DNA from: an uncultured virus (IMG/VR IMGVR_UViG_3300009168_000043)
Lineage: Duplodnaviria > Heunggongvirae > Uroviricota > Caudoviricetes
Length of the DNA stretch: 64,000 nt
Strand: one strand, 5' to 3'
IMG/VR virus record: IMGVR_UViG_3300009168_000043
The notes beneath the pieces were generated by a model. That model saw only the letters and a program-made list of their open reading frames with translations, had not been told where the DNA came from and made no database searches. Made by a program: the position numbers and the translations under genes. Positions 1 to 9,634 of the stretch are shown here, in pieces. Position 1 is the stretch's first letter; each line of letters starts with the position of its first letter.

Positions 1-202
1 CTTTTGTTGTGTTAGTATTGTCTATTACTACTTTTTTACCGTTATTGATTTCATCATCTAATGATTCTAAATCAATTGCATCTCGCATAGTTTTTTTATC
101 TAAACTAAGGATGGTCCATCCTTGTTTTTCGTATTCTTTTACTACGGTGCTTTTTCCCGAAGATGGTAATCCAACCATTAACACAATGTCTGTAGATATC
201 AT
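1..202 (-). CDS. P-loop kinase, AAA_33/polynucleotide-kinase-like (partial; runs off window start)
   Basis: Manual translation MISTDIVLMVGLPSSGKST...KKVVIDNTNTTK: Walker A plus the VIDNTN motif of PNK-like kinases; absent from ORF track. Confidence 0.75.
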   Translation of the reverse strand, partial: MISTDIVLMVGLPSSGKSTVVKEYEKQGWTILSLDKKTMRDAIDLESLDDEINNGKKVVIDNTNTTK

Positions 203-205
203 ATT

Positions 206-583
206 TTATTTAAAATAGTAGTGAATAACTTTACATTCTGGTCTAAGACCTCTCAATTCCGGATAGCTAACATCTCCTTCTTCGTCATTATCTATATGAG
301 ATATGTGTAATTCAGTGAACATATGACAGAACTTTTCGTATGTTCTTTTTCCACCTATGCACCAATCTATATGTGAATAGTCTATATGTGGCATATTTCT
401 GTCACATATGAAAAGTTCTCTTCCTCTTAAAGCAGGCAAGCTGCTAGCGGTATTATACCCAACTAGCAGCTTGCATCCCATTGTTAAAGATTTAAAATGC
501 TGTAAATCTTCAGAAGAATGCCATGGAAGCTTTCCGTTTTTCCCTATCCATCCCTTTCTGTTTACTGCAATGATTCCCTTCAT
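206..583 (-). CDS. folA: Dihydrofolate reductase (short, 125 aa)
   Basis: IIAV..GWIGKNGKLPWHSSEDLQHFK..T..C..IGG motifs; adjacent to thyA. Confidence 0.9.
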   Translation of the reverse strand: MKGIIAVNRKGWIGKNGKLPWHSSEDLQHFKSLTMGCKLLVGYNTASSLPALRGRELFICDRNMPHIDYSHIDWCIGGKRTYEKFCHMFTELHISHIDNDEEGDVSYPELRGLRPECKVIHYYFK

Positions 584-586
584 ATT

Positions 587-1687
587 TTAATTACTTAATG
601 GATAATCTATTTTGGGATCATATTTATAATTAACTAAAGATATATCATTGATTGTATATTCAGCAACATCATTGACGTTCATATCAGTGATGTAAACTGT
701 TGGCAATTTATAACCTTCTCTTTGAATTTGTTCTTTTGCTCCTTCGATTTGATTCAAATAAATGTGAGAGTCACCAAACGACCCTATCAGTTCTTCTGGT
801 ACCATGTTAACTTCTTTTGCAAGTATCAACAGTAGCAATCCATAAGATGCTATATTTACCGGTACTCCCAAAGGAAAATCGCAGCTTCTTTGAATCCACT
901 TAAGGCTTAAAGCTCTTGTTGGAATGTTAAGCTTGTCCAGTTTTTCAATTAATTTTGAATCTTCAACATCGATTTCATTCTTGCACAGCGCCCACCTTTC
1001 TAGAGAACTCAACATTCTTGTATAACATTGAAAACCATAATGACAAGGAGGAAGAATCTGTTTTGGAAGGTCGGCCGGATTCCATGCGGTCACCATCAAT
1101 CTTCTACTATCTGGATTCTTTTTCAGATCATTGATCAAATCAAGAATTTGGTCTAAAACTACTGGTTCTTCTTTCCATTTGAACTCTCCTGATGGATAAA
1201 CTTCTCCAGTTTTAACCATTTTTGTTTTGCCGGTGCTCCACTTTCTCCATTGACTTCCGTAAATAGGACCAAGCTCTCCCCATTTTTTTGCAAACTCATC
1301 ATCAGTTTTAATAGCTTCAACGAATTCGGCCATTGAAAACTCTTGATAATCTATATCTACATCCGGATTAGCTTTTATAAAATCTTCAAGCTCTTTACGA
1401 GTTTTATTCACGTAATTCTTATAAGCATCTCCATTCCAGATATTGCAGTTGTTCTTTACCAGATATTGAATGTTTGTATCGCCACGTAAGAACCATAATA
1501 ACTCGTGCACCATAGTCTTCCATGCCATCTTTTTTGTAGTAAGCAATGGAAACCCATCTTTCATATTATGCCTGATTTCTCTGCCAAACAAACTTATAGT
1601 TCCTGTTCCAGTCCTATCTCCTTTTTTGTTACCATTTTCTAAAATGTCTTTAAGAAGATCAATGTAATCTTTATCTAATTTATTCAT
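587..1687 (-). CDS. thyA: Thymidylate synthase
   Basis: DRTGTGT, FPLLTTKK, ELLWFL, LGPIYG, PDSRR, LPPCH, QRSCD..LGVPVN, GDSHIY motifs. Confidence 0.97.
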   Translation of the reverse strand: MNKLDKDYIDLLKDILENGNKKGDRTGTGTISLFGREIRHNMKDGFPLLTTKKMAWKTMVHELLWFLRGDTNIQYLVKNNCNIWNGDAYKNYVNKTRKELEDFIKANPDVDIDYQEFSMAEFVEAIKTDDEFAKKWGELGPIYGSQWRKWSTGKTKMVKTGEVYPSGEFKWKEEPVVLDQILDLINDLKKNPDSRRLMVTAWNPADLPKQILPPCHYGFQCYTRMLSSLERWALCKNEIDVEDSKLIEKLDKLNIPTRALSLKWIQRSCDFPLGVPVNIASYGLLLLILAKEVNMVPEELIGSFGDSHIYLNQIEGAKEQIQREGYKLPTVYITDMNVNDVAEYTINDISLVNYKYDPKIDYPLSN

Positions 1688-1857
1688 ATAAAAAGTATTT
1701 CTATTTTATATAAATAAATGTTAAAAAGGATTTATTCAGTTTCGAACTCTTTTTTAAGTTCAAGATACTTTTTGTACCTTTCTTTTTTCTTTGTTCTAAT
1801 ATATTTGGGTTGATAATCCTAATCTTTTTGCCTCATTTTTTGTTATTAAGTCAGCTT

Positions 1858-2085
1858 TCATAAACTATCTATTTTATCTTTAAGTTTTTTAAGAACTGAC
1901 ACAATACGAAAGAAATATTCGTACATTTCTTTTTCATCCATATGTTGAATGTTATCAATCTCATCTCCCATATAACCATAATCCCATATTTCGCCACTAT
2001 CACCAGTCTTTTCTGTAATATTCCATCTTATTTCAGGAAGTTCACTGATAGCAATCTTTAAATAATCAATATCAACATCTTTCAT
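1858..2085 (-). CDS. Hypothetical protein
   Basis: ATG ORF in a tightly packed minus-strand run. Confidence 0.65.
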   Translation of the reverse strand: MKDVDIDYLKIAISELPEIRWNITEKTGDSGEIWDYGYMGDEIDNIQHMDEKEMYEYFFRIVSVLKKLKDKIDSL

Positions 2086-2087
2086 TT

Positions 2088-2600
2088 TTAATTACTAAAT
2101 ATATTGTTTCTATTAAAATTTATAATGGGGTTAAGAGATTTTACATAATATCCTTTAATGTCTCTAACATCAATGACATTATCTTCAATAACGTTTCTTA
2201 TAGCGTGCGCAAACAAATCGTTGGACTCATTCATTTGATTATATGAAGCATTCACACAAAACAGATTAGCCTCCATATCTTCAGATATGATCATTCCAGT
2301 AAACAAAGGGCTCTTTATGCCGTATTTATGAACAAACTTATCCGCGTTGCACCAGATACAAATACATTCTTTTTCTCTTAACAAATAAACGTGTTGCGAG
2401 CTTATCACAAATCGATCAAACCCTATCAATCCATCTTCGGAACCGTGGCCCAGCATGATTATCCTATCGTGGTCTTTTATAAGCTTGCACAACTTAGACT
2501 TTGACGTGTTGTTATTGACCACAGTATATGTATGACCTTCATAGATTTTCTTCAAAAAATCTGTAGTACTATCAGATGGATGAATTATCAGAGTTTTCAT
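2088..2600 (-). CDS. Hypothetical protein, possible caspase/gingipain-like fold
   Basis: IIMLGHGS ... CIWCNA resembles the His-Gly/Cys dyad arrangement. Confidence 0.6.
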   Translation of the reverse strand: MKTLIIHPSDSTTDFLKKIYEGHTYTVVNNNTSKSKLCKLIKDHDRIIMLGHGSEDGLIGFDRFVISSQHVYLLREKECICIWCNADKFVHKYGIKSPLFTGMIISEDMEANLFCVNASYNQMNESNDLFAHAIRNVIEDNVIDVRDIKGYYVKSLNPIINFNRNNIFSN

Positions 2601-2868
2601 TTTTGTTTATTTTGTTGTATTCTTTTACAACAATGTTAGTAAATCCCGCTATGTATTGTGGAATAAACAACAATATAAATACTAAATCTAACCAAGAAAA
2701 ATAAAGTTCAGACTGAAATAGCTTTGTGATTCCCCACATAACAAAAAAAGGAAATATTATCTTTGATGCTTTCGGCGTGTAGTACGTTTCTCCAAACAGT
2801 TTTACTTCTCTAACACCGGTGAAGTTCTTATATAAGAACTTCACCACACTTTCATATAAGGTTTTCAT
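2572..2868 (-). CDS. Hypothetical membrane protein
   Basis: Two hydrophobic segments. Confidence 0.65.
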   Translation of the reverse strand: MKTLYESVVKFLYKNFTGVREVKLFGETYYTPKASKIIFPFFVMWGITKLFQSELYFSWLDLVFILLFIPQYIAGFTNIVVKEYNKINKNENSDNSSI

Positions 2869-3105
2869 GTTTTTTCATTATGTTGTTAATGATGTAATTC
2901 TTTATCATAGACGGAAGTATGTTTATTCGATATCCTAAAAACTTTTCGTTTTTATTTAAAAAATAATCAGCAGATTCTATATACTTTTTACCGTACGGAG
3001 AACGTATCTTATGTGAGGAAAAGCCACTCCATCTACCAATTCCCACTTCCAAACTTTTTCACCAACATGAATAGTTCTAATCTCATCATGCATCGTATTT
3101 GCCAT
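2852..3105 (-). pseudogene. Probable frameshifted hypothetical gene
   Basis: ATG at 3105 reads MANTMHDEIRTIHVGEKVWKWEL.. in one frame; KIRSPYGKKY...ILPSMIKNYI continues in another frame to the stop at 2852. Confidence 0.4.
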
Positions 3106-3114
3106 TAATAGATG

Positions 3115-3378
3115 TTATTTGTTTTTTAACTTACTTTCTGCATACGCTGTGTTATACAATTCTTCCAATGTATCAAAAAAACGATCTCCTCTAATAACGG
3201 TCATGTTAGGATTGTTAACATTCACATATCGTACATATCTGTTAACTATTCTTTCATAGCACTCTGTTGAATCTCTTCCATCCTCAGTGTTTTCCCATTT
3301 GATATAAACGCGAGGTTCAGTGATAGTAACTAATTTTAACTTATCTATCTGATTGATATATTTTTTATTAGAATTCAT
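3115..3378 (-). CDS. Hypothetical protein
   Basis: ORF overlapping the ligase stop. Confidence 0.65.
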   Translation of the reverse strand: MNSNKKYINQIDKLKLVTITEPRVYIKWENTEDGRDSTECYERIVNRYVRYVNVNNPNMTVIRGDRFFDTLEELYNTAYAESKLKNK

Positions 3379-5278
3379 AAGTGTATGGTACTATTTTGAT
3401 TCCCTTTTTTAATGCAGTTAACATTTTTGATGTAGATGAATTCAAATCATTTGTAACTAAATAGTTACAGTTCTTATCGTTCAAGGCGCACTCCACAAGT
3501 TTTCCACCAAAGTGTTCTAAGAATGCTGATTTTGTAGCATATCCAGCAGATGAAGGACTTCCTGTTAAACACACGAATATCACTTCGCTCGTATCAATAA
3601 TCTTAGGTCTATCTACAACTATGCCTACTTCTTCTAAAGATTTTACGCAGTATTTAATCCAGTAAGTAACCTCTGGTGTTCTCATGCTTTCAACTAAAGC
3701 TCTTTCAAGCTTAGCATAGTCGTATTCCACTCCAGCATGTTCGTTTGCTAACTGAATTGATAGTTTTTTTCCAACATTTGTATATCCAAGAACTTGAATT
3801 ACTTTTGCGTATGGAATGCTTACTATTTTTTTAAATGCTTCTAAAAAAATCTCATGTGATCTAGATTTGTATTGAATTCCATACTTTTCTATATCAGGAG
3901 AATCTCCGTCAGTTCTGGCCCACACGATTAACGATACTAAATCAGTAAAATCTTTTGCAAAGGGAGCTACAGTTTTACTTCCAACTCTTTTTATGTTTAA
4001 AACGTGTAAAGAACTTGCTAATATCTTTGCAATTCTGCCAGGGCATTCTTCGTTGTTACACATCAAATGAATTCCATCAAATACTAATTCGGAGTTACAA
4101 TCTGGACAGTGCGTTGGTAAGCTTACCGGATTAGTGCACTTAGTAACCACGCTCTTAATTTCTGGTATGATATCTCCTGCCTTTATTATAGTAAACACAG
4201 CGCCTGGACCTATTCCCTTATTAGTTATAAATCCTGCATTGTACCCAGATGCTCGTTTCACTGTTGTTCCTGCTAGCTTCACTGGATTCAAAAGCACAAC
4301 CGGAGCAAGCTCCCCGGGTTTACCAACGTTCCATTCTAATCCGGAATAAGATGTTACCGACTCTTCAGCGATGAACTTAACTGCTATTGCCCATTCTGGA
4401 TCATGATCGTTCTCTCCTAAAGATGATCTGTATTCTGGTTGAAACGAGAATACAACTCCATCTAGTTGAAACTGAAACTTTTCTCTTATGTTTATCCAGT
4501 AGTTTAACTCATCTTCGTAATCATCAACAGACATATCTCTTTCATCTAAGATATAAAATCCAGGTGTACATCCAAGATGTGAAATGAATTTATCTCTTCT
4601 TACATTCTCTCCATCATTCAAAAAATGTAATGGGACAATAGTTAGATCTCTTAAAACTTCTTCTTCAAAATCATCTCCACCCAAGATTCCAGCTACAAAG
4701 TTACGAGGGTTCGCAGAATCTGCAGCATACTTTTCTTCGAAAATAGACTTAGCAATAACAACTTCACACCGAATTTCCATCTGTCCCATATCACCTTCTT
4801 CCACATCTCCTCCCGTTAAGAGGTTTTTCGGAGCGATTAACTGAATTCTATCTGTTATGTTCTTTCCAAGCGCTCCATCTCCACGTGTAAGACATTGATA
4901 AAACTCGTTGTTGTTATAAATCAAATTGATAGCGTTTCCATCAAACTTTGCTGATGAATACATACAATTCGATGTAACATTCTGACCCATACTTCCAGAG
5001 TGCATCATGTTCAATCGTTTTTTATACCAAACAATAAATTCTGATTTCATATTGTTTCCTACTTCAGTTTGAAGTTTGGAAAGAGAAAGCATTTTATTTG
5101 GATGGGCATAGTCAAAATCTTTTCTTTTTGACCCCACCTGTTCAACTACTTTAGAGCCGTTTTCTCTTAACAATCGTTCGATAAAGTCGAACTCTGAATC
5201 TTCCATTAACTGACGGCCTTCGTAATACGCAATCTTTGCATCAAGATATTGTTTTTCTAAATCTGAAATGTTTATCAT
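3368..5278 (-). CDS. ligA: NAD-dependent DNA ligase
   Basis: YY.G...D.EFD, HPNKMLSLSK, KFDG adenylation motif, TRGDG, DGVV, WAIAVKF, KAGDIIP, C4 zinc finger, C-terminal BRCT-like domain. Confidence 0.96.
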   Translation of the reverse strand: MINISDLEKQYLDAKIAYYEGRQLMEDSEFDFIERLLRENGSKVVEQVGSKRKDFDYAHPNKMLSLSKLQTEVGNNMKSEFIVWYKKRLNMMHSGSMGQNVTSNCMYSSAKFDGNAINLIYNNNEFYQCLTRGDGALGKNITDRIQLIAPKNLLTGGDVEEGDMGQMEIRCEVVIAKSIFEEKYAADSANPRNFVAGILGGDDFEEEVLRDLTIVPLHFLNDGENVRRDKFISHLGCTPGFYILDERDMSVDDYEDELNYWINIREKFQFQLDGVVFSFQPEYRSSLGENDHDPEWAIAVKFIAEESVTSYSGLEWNVGKPGELAPVVLLNPVKLAGTTVKRASGYNAGFITNKGIGPGAVFTIIKAGDIIPEIKSVVTKCTNPVSLPTHCPDCNSELVFDGIHLMCNNEECPGRIAKILASSLHVLNIKRVGSKTVAPFAKDFTDLVSLIVWARTDGDSPDIEKYGIQYKSRSHEIFLEAFKKIVSIPYAKVIQVLGYTNVGKKLSIQLANEHAGVEYDYAKLERALVESMRTPEVTYWIKYCVKSLEEVGIVVDRPKIIDTSEVIFVCLTGSPSSAGYATKSAFLEHFGGKLVECALNDKNCNYLVTNDLNSSTSKMLTALKKGIKIVPYTYEF

Positions 5279-5279
5279 T

Positions 5280-5543
5280 TTATAAGTGTTTTATAAAAGT
5301 AAAAAGTTCTTTTTGTTTTCGCCAGAAGTAAGCAATAGGAGACGGTACTATCTTATAATTCTGATTTTGTTTTGGACCAATTTCAGCGTATACACGGTTA
5401 CCACCGTGTATGTGATAAATAAACGGTGTTTCTGACATATGATCTGCAATCGATGAATGCACATGAATGATTTTTCCAAGTCTATTCTTGGAATCTGATA
5501 TCCATAAATTCTTTTTAATGTTAGTAGTAGTTAGAAGCTTCAT
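5280..5543 (-). CDS. Hypothetical protein
   Basis: Start moved to MKLLTT, downstream of the promoter at 5565. Confidence 0.6.
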   Translation of the reverse strand: MKLLTTTNIKKNLWISDSKNRLGKIIHVHSSIADHMSETPFIYHIHGGNRVYAEIGPKQNQNYKIVPSPIAYFWRKQKELFTFIKHL

Positions 5544-5564
5544 TTTTGTTTTATTAATTGTATA

Positions 5565-5602
5565 CAAATATATCAAAAAAATTTAAAATTTAAAAATCTT
5601 TT
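5565..5602 (-). promoter_or_regulatory. Bacteroidota sigma70-type promoter (-7 TATATTTG with upstream AAAGATTTT); representative of a family of about 20 sites
   Basis: TATATTTG on minus strand here and at 11862, 15632, 18026, 24450, 26276, 28524, 32947; TAnnTTTAC variants near 37752, 43109, 46361, 49520, 51570, 51830, 52164, 53516, 54430, 55257, 57279. Matches the Bacteroidota TAnnTTTG consensus and lies upstream of gene starts. Confidence 0.75.
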
Positions 5603-5620
5603 TCGTAAAAGTTAAAAACT

Positions 5621-5908
5621 TTATGGAACAAAAAGAGGTTTTTGACCATTAGGCCAGGGACTTTTTACCCAAGTCCACTTCACTGTATCTTTCAGTGTAT
5701 CTTTAACTAACAGTATTCTAATATCACCATTTAACGCATCTTTTTGACCCTCAAAATAAGCCTGTTCTGTAACTTTTATTATTTCATTCGTTACATTTCT
5801 TATCTCGCTGAAACGTCTTTCGACCTCCTTATCGTGGATAAAAATTAAAACTGGAATCGATACAGCTACAAGAACTGCTAGTACTAAGTTAAATGGATCT
5901 ATTTTCAT
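5621..5908 (-). CDS. Hypothetical protein with N-terminal membrane anchor
   Basis: Hydrophobic N-terminus. Confidence 0.7.
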   Translation of the reverse strand: MKIDPFNLVLAVLVAVSIPVLIFIHDKEVERRFSEIRNVTNEIIKVTEQAYFEGQKDALNGDIRILLVKDTLKDTVKWTWVKSPWPNGQKPLFVP

Positions 5909-5921
5909 TGTTTATATTTGT

Positions 5922-8363
5922 TTATATTTGTTTATATTTGTTTATAATGGTTTCTCTGTTTGAAAAGCCTCTACTTCTAGGTGACAATATCAATATAGGC
6001 GCACCCTGAGCAGCTTTAAATACCGAAATTTGACTCTTTGATATTGTAAATATCACTTCCTTTTCAAATTGTTCTTTGCTGTACTTCTCATATATATCAG
6101 AAGGAAAGAAATCTTTAGTAAGTGTTTTGTTTTCAAAGTCTAAAATTAGTTGTCTTTTTGTCTTTCTTAAACGAATAAGTTCTGCACACAATCCAGACTG
6201 TATATAGTAGTCAATAGGATCGTATTTACTATCAGGAAGCTCTGCAGCAGGTTTTATCATACCGTTAAAAAGATCTTCGGGTATTACGTGTTCGCAGTAT
6301 CCCATAGAATGAAAACGTTTGTTTATGTGAGTGCACAGTTCAAAAAGTTCAAGTTTGGTTAAATCTCCAATGGGAGAGAACACTCCAATAGAACCTATAT
6401 CATGAAACGAAGCCCAACCCAATACTATCTCTGTGTGATTACCACAAGCTACTATGCCGGATTTAAACCTGTGACAAGATGCAAGACCCTGCACCGTACG
6501 TAGAACCGCTTGTATTGTAGCTTGACCCGTTGGATTAAGTTCGGATCCGAAGTTTTCCGTGTCTTTCTTTTTGAACGTCTGATATATTTCTTCAAGTTCA
6601 TTAGTGTGCATTTGAACCCCTAAATTTTCAGCCAGCTGATTAACCAGTGGCAAGCTATCGCTGTTTAATGATGTTGGATTTGTTATGAATACACAGTTTT
6701 CTTTTCCCATTGATAGCAAAGACAACGTCATGACTATAGCACTGTCAATTCCACCGCTTACGTGTACCTGAGCATTCTTCATTCCTAACAATCCAAAAAG
6801 CTCTTTTTGCGAAAAAACAACAGCATCTATTATTTCATCGAACTTGTTGTTTTCAATACGATTAGGACGCCCAGATATTTTAAAATCTTGAACTCTATCG
6901 TATAAAACATCAATTTGATCTGGGTTAAACCTCTTTAATTGACACACTTTGTATCCGTTAGCGCTGTAAACCATTGAACTTCCATCGTACACAATGATAT
7001 TCTTTACAATGTCTCCAACTCCAACTGCGTTGACTGCTACGACTGGTATCTTGTGACGTGATGAAATAGTTTTAAAAAGCGTTTCTCTTATAGATTGTTT
7101 TCCGTAATAAAAATAAGATTGATTGATAGAAATCAACATTTCGGCTCCCATCTTAACCATTTCGTTTGGAATATCCCTTGCGTGATCTATATACCAAGCA
7201 TCTTCACAAATAGGAACTCCTATTTTCATTGTTATGCCTTCAAGAACTATATCAAAAACTTTTGATTCCTTTCCAGGTTTAAAATATTTTCTATCTTCAT
7301 GATGATCAGCATTGGCTAAAAGCTGCTTATCGTATCTTTCAATTTTGTTTTGGTTAATAACTGCAACGCTGTTTTTTAAATACGGAAAGCCATCCAACTT
7401 CATACCATGGTAACTAACATAACCAACAATAACACATTTGTTTTGTGGCACTATAGAAGCAAGCCGATTTAGTTTTGCTTCTTGATCAAGTATGAAGTCA
7501 ATATTATCCCATAAAGCTCCCGCGCAATAACCAGTAAATGCTGTTTCAGGCAGTACCATGATGTCTGCATCATCTAACAATGCTTTGTTTACTCCATCTT
7601 CTATCTGTTTATAGTTACCATCCAGATCTCCACTTACTGTTTTTATTTGAATCAAAGATATCTTTGCAGTATTTTTTAGTTTTTTATTAGATGGATATTT
7701 CTTTTGCACCCTAACTCTTTCTTTTTTGAAATACTCTTCAGCATCTTCTTTATTCAAAGCAAAATAGTACGTCCAACTCCACAAATCTCCTGTACCCGTT
7801 CCATATCCTTCTTCTATAGAAGAATCTTCTCCATCAATGATATCAATTTCGTACGGAAATTCTGTATTATCAATAACATATCTTGAGTAAGTATACTTTC
7901 CAATTCCTTCAGATTCTCCATTACCTATACGTGGGTTAAGCTCAATAATTTGAAATTCTTGAACATCTTTTACCCCATCACGATCAGAATACACAACATA
8001 CATCATACCCAACTCTTTTCTTTCAGCTTCCAATCTTTTCTTTTTGTAATAATCATGGAGTTGAGGAGACACCGTATCTTCAAGATATTCTTTCTTTATT
8101 ATCTTAAAGTAACTTTCTACTGGGCCGTACCCATGATCTGTACTTATTTCGTACGGTTTATAATCATCTGAATGATGTAGGTTTTTTATAATGTGAGGAT
8201 CACTAAAAAAACCTGTCATAAAATCACGAAAATCAAACTTTTCGTGAGTATACACTCCTTCTTTTGCTGTGCCCCGACTGATTGGATAAACCCTATCGCC
8301 AACATTAAGATTTTCGTTGGAGAACGTATAAGTTGTAAAATTATGTTCGTAAGTTGTTTGCAT
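5922..8363 (-). CDS. nadE: Glutamine-dependent NAD+ synthetase with ~230 aa unknown N-terminal extension
   Basis: Nitrilase triad motifs LPETAFTGY / YDKQLL / ICEDAW followed by synthetase SGGIDS, GNHTE, GDLTK, PAAEL. Confidence 0.9.
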   Translation of the reverse strand: MQTTYEHNFTTYTFSNENLNVGDRVYPISRGTAKEGVYTHEKFDFRDFMTGFFSDPHIIKNLHHSDDYKPYEISTDHGYGPVESYFKIIKKEYLEDTVSPQLHDYYKKKRLEAERKELGMMYVVYSDRDGVKDVQEFQIIELNPRIGNGESEGIGKYTYSRYVIDNTEFPYEIDIIDGEDSSIEEGYGTGTGDLWSWTYYFALNKEDAEEYFKKERVRVQKKYPSNKKLKNTAKISLIQIKTVSGDLDGNYKQIEDGVNKALLDDADIMVLPETAFTGYCAGALWDNIDFILDQEAKLNRLASIVPQNKCVIVGYVSYHGMKLDGFPYLKNSVAVINQNKIERYDKQLLANADHHEDRKYFKPGKESKVFDIVLEGITMKIGVPICEDAWYIDHARDIPNEMVKMGAEMLISINQSYFYYGKQSIRETLFKTISSRHKIPVVAVNAVGVGDIVKNIIVYDGSSMVYSANGYKVCQLKRFNPDQIDVLYDRVQDFKISGRPNRIENNKFDEIIDAVVFSQKELFGLLGMKNAQVHVSGGIDSAIVMTLSLLSMGKENCVFITNPTSLNSDSLPLVNQLAENLGVQMHTNELEEIYQTFKKKDTENFGSELNPTGQATIQAVLRTVQGLASCHRFKSGIVACGNHTEIVLGWASFHDIGSIGVFSPIGDLTKLELFELCTHINKRFHSMGYCEHVIPEDLFNGMIKPAAELPDSKYDPIDYYIQSGLCAELIRLRKTKRQLILDFENKTLTKDFFPSDIYEKYSKEQFEKEVIFTISKSQISVFKAAQGAPILILSPRSRGFSNRETIINKYKQI

Positions 8364-8379
8364 CTGGTGTTTTAAAAGT

Positions 8380-8619
8380 TTAAATAAATGTCTTCATATA
8401 ATCATCAAGTGGTTTACCATTCCATGCATCCTGAACCAGCTCATCATAGTAAAAATCGATTGCACCCCTAATCGCAGAAAGATAACGATTGCCGATTTCT
8501 TTTTCTATTTCTGGTACCATTTTATATGCGTCACTAATGTTATTAGTTTTAACTATTTTAGAAACTACTTTCCTGTAAATTTCAGTTCCTGATAGTTGAT
8601 CGTCATCGTGTGTTTTCAT
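8380..8619 (-). CDS. Hypothetical protein
   Basis: ATG ORF. Confidence 0.65.
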   Translation of the reverse strand: MKTHDDDQLSGTEIYRKVVSKIVKTNNISDAYKMVPEIEKEIGNRYLSAIRGAIDFYYDELVQDAWNGKPLDDYMKTFI

Positions 8620-8654
8620 AATGGTGTTTCGTTTAGGGTTTTATTTCATTATAT

Positions 8655-8745
8655 GACGCCATTCAGACGTATCAGAGCGAATAATTAATATCGATTAATA
8701 TAAAACCACAATGTGATACACCACATCGTCTGAAATCGCTCTGTT
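8655..8745. repeat. Phased TCAGA/TCTGA intergenic element, copy 1
   Basis: TCAGA 8663, 8672; TCTGA 8729; TCTGT 8740; AT-rich core. Confidence 0.6.
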
Positions 8746-8747
8746 AT

Positions 8748-9245
8748 TTAATACGTGTAAGCTCTGAAAAACTCTTCGTTTGTCGTTTCAACTGCTGCGT
8801 ATGCAATTGTCTTTACATCATCTATTTGTTTTTGCAATGTATCAGAAGATACACCGGCGATGTTAGAATGTAGTTGTTCAAAAGAATCGGCTATTATTCC
8901 GCCTGTCTGAGCTTCACACACCTTAACGCTTCCACGTTTAGTTTTAAACGAGAAAAAATCAAATCCATTGATGTTGCGTCTTTCTATTACATCAACTGTA
9001 GTACATATAATAGCACTACCAGGGCCACCCATAACAAACGGCGTACGCAATAGTGTCCAGATCTTTTCCCTATCAGGTTTATGATCGGCTAGAGTTATTG
9101 TCAAGGTAGGGGAATATGTTCCACCCTCGCTATTCAATCGGTTAAATATATTAGTTATGAATTCTGCTTCAGATTTTTCTAAATCTATTAATATAGAACT
9201 AGCATCTTCTGCAGAGTTACACAGCTCATATCTCTTTTTTTCCAT
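8748..9245 (-). CDS. Hypothetical protein
   Basis: ATG ORF, 165 aa. Confidence 0.7.
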   Translation of the reverse strand: MEKKRYELCNSAEDASSILIDLEKSEAEFITNIFNRLNSEGGTYSPTLTITLADHKPDREKIWTLLRTPFVMGGPGSAIICTTVDVIERRNINGFDFFSFKTKRGSVKVCEAQTGGIIADSFEQLHSNIAGVSSDTLQKQIDDVKTIAYAAVETTNEEFFRAYTY

Positions 9246-9303
9246 TGATGTATTTATTTTAACAAAAGTTTAACATTTCTTTTAAAACCTTTTAAGATTC
9301 GCT

Positions 9304-9360
9304 CATATAAAAGATACTTGAACGAAGTGAAAGCATATAAAAATACTTTAGTATTATAAT
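9304..9360 (+). repeat. Imperfect ~57-bp direct repeat (copy 1; copy 2 at 11941-11997)
   Basis: CATATAAAA..CTTGAA(C/T)GAAGTGAAAGCA..AATACTT(T/A)AGTATTATAAT shared by both copies. Confidence 0.7.
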
Positions 9361-9372
9361 ATAGGAAAACAT

Positions 9373-9630
9373 TCACTCTGTAAAACCTTTTTCTAAAACC
9401 AGAGAAGCTCTCTTAGCAGACTTAGAATCTGGATACTTTTCCACTAAAACCTCCATGGTTTGTTTTAACTTTTTTTGTTCTAAACTTATCATGTTTTTTA
9501 GTTTTTTAATTTCTCTTTCTTCTTTTTTTATCTCTCTATTTATGAAAGATATGTAATCTTCCATGCTCAGTATGTTGTATTCTAGAGATAATCTACTTAT
9601 AGATTTTTTTAGAGGATATAATCCGTACAT
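9373..9630 (-). CDS. Hypothetical coiled-coil protein
   Basis: ATG ORF directly downstream of the GSP synthase gene. Confidence 0.6.
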   Translation of the reverse strand: MYGLYPLKKSISRLSLEYNILSMEDYISFINREIKKEEREIKKLKNMISLEQKKLKQTMEVLVEKYPDSKSAKRASLVLEKGFTE

Positions 9631-9634
9631 TTTA

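Noticed and set aside
1732..1836. In-frame TAG in MRQKD*DYQPKY...YLELKKEFETE, suggesting amber recoding
   Set aside because: TAG clearly ends genes elsewhere (stops at 23804 and 24971 are followed within a few bases by the next ATG) and long genes are intact under the standard code
5909..5946. Tandem 10-mer TTTATATTTG x3 at the nadE stop
   Set aside because: Probably slippage in AT-rich DNA; it contains TATATTTG on the plus strand but points antisense into nadE and lacks the upstream element
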